This document shows positions 63,318 to 64,000 of a DNA stretch of 64,000 nt, one piece after another. Origin of the DNA: a bacterium (GTDB lineage Bacteria > Sysuimicrobiota > Sysuimicrobiia > Sysuimicrobiales > Kaftiobacteriaceae); NCBI GenBank assembly GCA_035292085.1, contig DATDQT010000051.1:22829-86828 (forward strand). Reading direction: 5' to 3'. Under the pieces are notes generated by a model. It was not told the DNA's origin, did not search any database, and worked only from the letters and a program-made list of their open reading frames with translations. How positions within the stretch are numbered: the first letter of the stretch is position 1; every line of letters starts with the position of its first letter. The position numbers and the translations under genes were made by a program.

Positions 63318-63787
63318 TGCGCCGAGCGCACCAGCAGCCGCCGGCCGAGGCCCCCGACGAAGCGGCCCGCCCCCACCGCGGCCCGCGCCGCCACGCGCGC
63401 GGCGGCCAGCGTGAGCATCTTTCCGCCCGCGGCCAGCCGCGCCAGGTCGTCATCGATCTGGTCCCACGACAATCCCGTGGCCGCGAGATGCGCTTCGGCG
63501 GCCTCGACAGGTGCCAGCCGCAGCGTCGCCCGGAGGCTCAGCAGCAGCACAGCGGCATCGTCGAGCTGGCCGATGACGGGGATGAATCCCGGGATGAGGT
63601 CGATCGGCGATAGGACGTACCCCGCGCCCGCCATGAGCACGATCTTGTGCCGGCGCTGGATGCGCCGGTCTCGGACCACACGCCACGCCAGGCTGGCATA
63701 GGCCGGCAGCCGTCGGACCGTGGGGAGCAGCACGAGTTTTGCGGTGAGTGTCACAGCCACCATCTTAACCGATTTGACCTCTTGCAT
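63314..63787 (-). CDS. DUF1232 (YkvA-like) membrane protein
   Basis: GYVLSPIDLIPGFIPVIGQLDD signature; 4-nt overlap with the downstream methyltransferase. Confidence 0.65.
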   Translation of the reverse strand: MQEVKSVKMVAVTLTAKLVLLPTVRRLPAYASLAWRVVRDRRIQRRHKIVLMAGAGYVLSPIDLIPGFIPVIGQLDDAAVLLLSLRATLRLAPVEAAEAHLAATGLSWDQIDDDLARLAAGGKMLTLAAARVAARAAVGAGRFVGGLGRRLLVRSAQ

Positions 63788-63877
63788 TCCCCAGGACCCT
63801 ATGCAAAACTATTGCACGCATCGCAGCACCATGCACTGGTTCTGTGATAGCCTGCACGAGGAAAAGGTGGTACAGCA

Positions 63878-64000
63878 ATGGCAACAGGCGCCGTGAAGTG
63901 GTTCAGCAACGAGAAGGGATACGGTTTCATCACTCCTGAGGACGGGAGCAAGGATGTCTTCGTACACTTCACCGGCATCGAGGGCGACGGCTACCGCTCG
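63878..64000 (+). CDS. csp: Cold-shock protein (CspA family), 3'-truncated by window end
   Basis: [31 protein letters not shown]; ~90-nt lower-GC 5' leader upstream. Confidence 0.9.
   Translation, partial: MATGAVKWFSNEKGYGFITPEDGSKDVFVHFTGIEGDGYRS

Overview
This 64 kb window begins in the dnaA-rpmH intergenic region, where three DnaA boxes mark the oriC-proximal end. The rest is a high-GC (~70%) chromosome with a Firmicutes-type layout, almost entirely on the + strand, consistent with leading-strand bias just past the origin.

Gene order from the origin:
- rpmH-rnpA-yidD-yidC-jag-rsmG-parA-parB.
- A small accessory insert: an RHH protein, a K+-channel-like membrane protein and an orphan LuxR-type regulator.
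- htrA, an HD-domain protein, a PRTase, and a complete glycine-cleavage operon (gcvT-H-PA-PB).
- A threonine dehydratase.
- A lexA operon: lexA with Cheo-type SOS boxes, a small membrane protein and an RNase-H-like protein.
- A TPR protein, a DUF47/PiT phosphate-uptake pair, and convergent trxA/trxB.
- An hspR-first heat-shock operon (hspR-hsp20-dnaK-grpE-dnaJ-clpB).
- A membrane-fused spermidine-synthase-like protein, a DUF951 protein, a large membrane multi-GAF GGDEF cyclase and ychF.
- rpsF-ssb-rpsR-yybS-rplI, a Lon-like AAA+ protease and dnaB.
- An envelope/lipid block (EamA, pepF, GHL10, GT, acyltransferase, fabI, MBL), then csp, an ABC-F ATPase, PAP2, FKBP, an M28 peptidase and rsgA.
- A minus-strand operon: a DUF1232 protein, a Methyltransf_32 enzyme and a 1131-aa zinc-ribbon/nucleotidyl-cyclase/AAA+/TPR STAND protein.

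Most notable observations:
- dnaB carries two inteins.
- An AhpD/CMD-family redox gene has an in-frame TGA exactly at the second Cys of its CxxCxxxH motif, followed by a hairpin. This is a candidate selenoprotein or a pseudogene.
- A dispersed GC-rich palindromic repeat family occurs at two loci.
- A 21-bp perfect inverted repeat (part of a ~99-bp long hairpin) contains the stop codons of two convergent genes.
- A tandem 9-mer palindromic array sits between eamA and pepF.
- A parS palindrome lies inside parB.

No rRNA, tRNA, CRISPR array or classical transposon was recognised.
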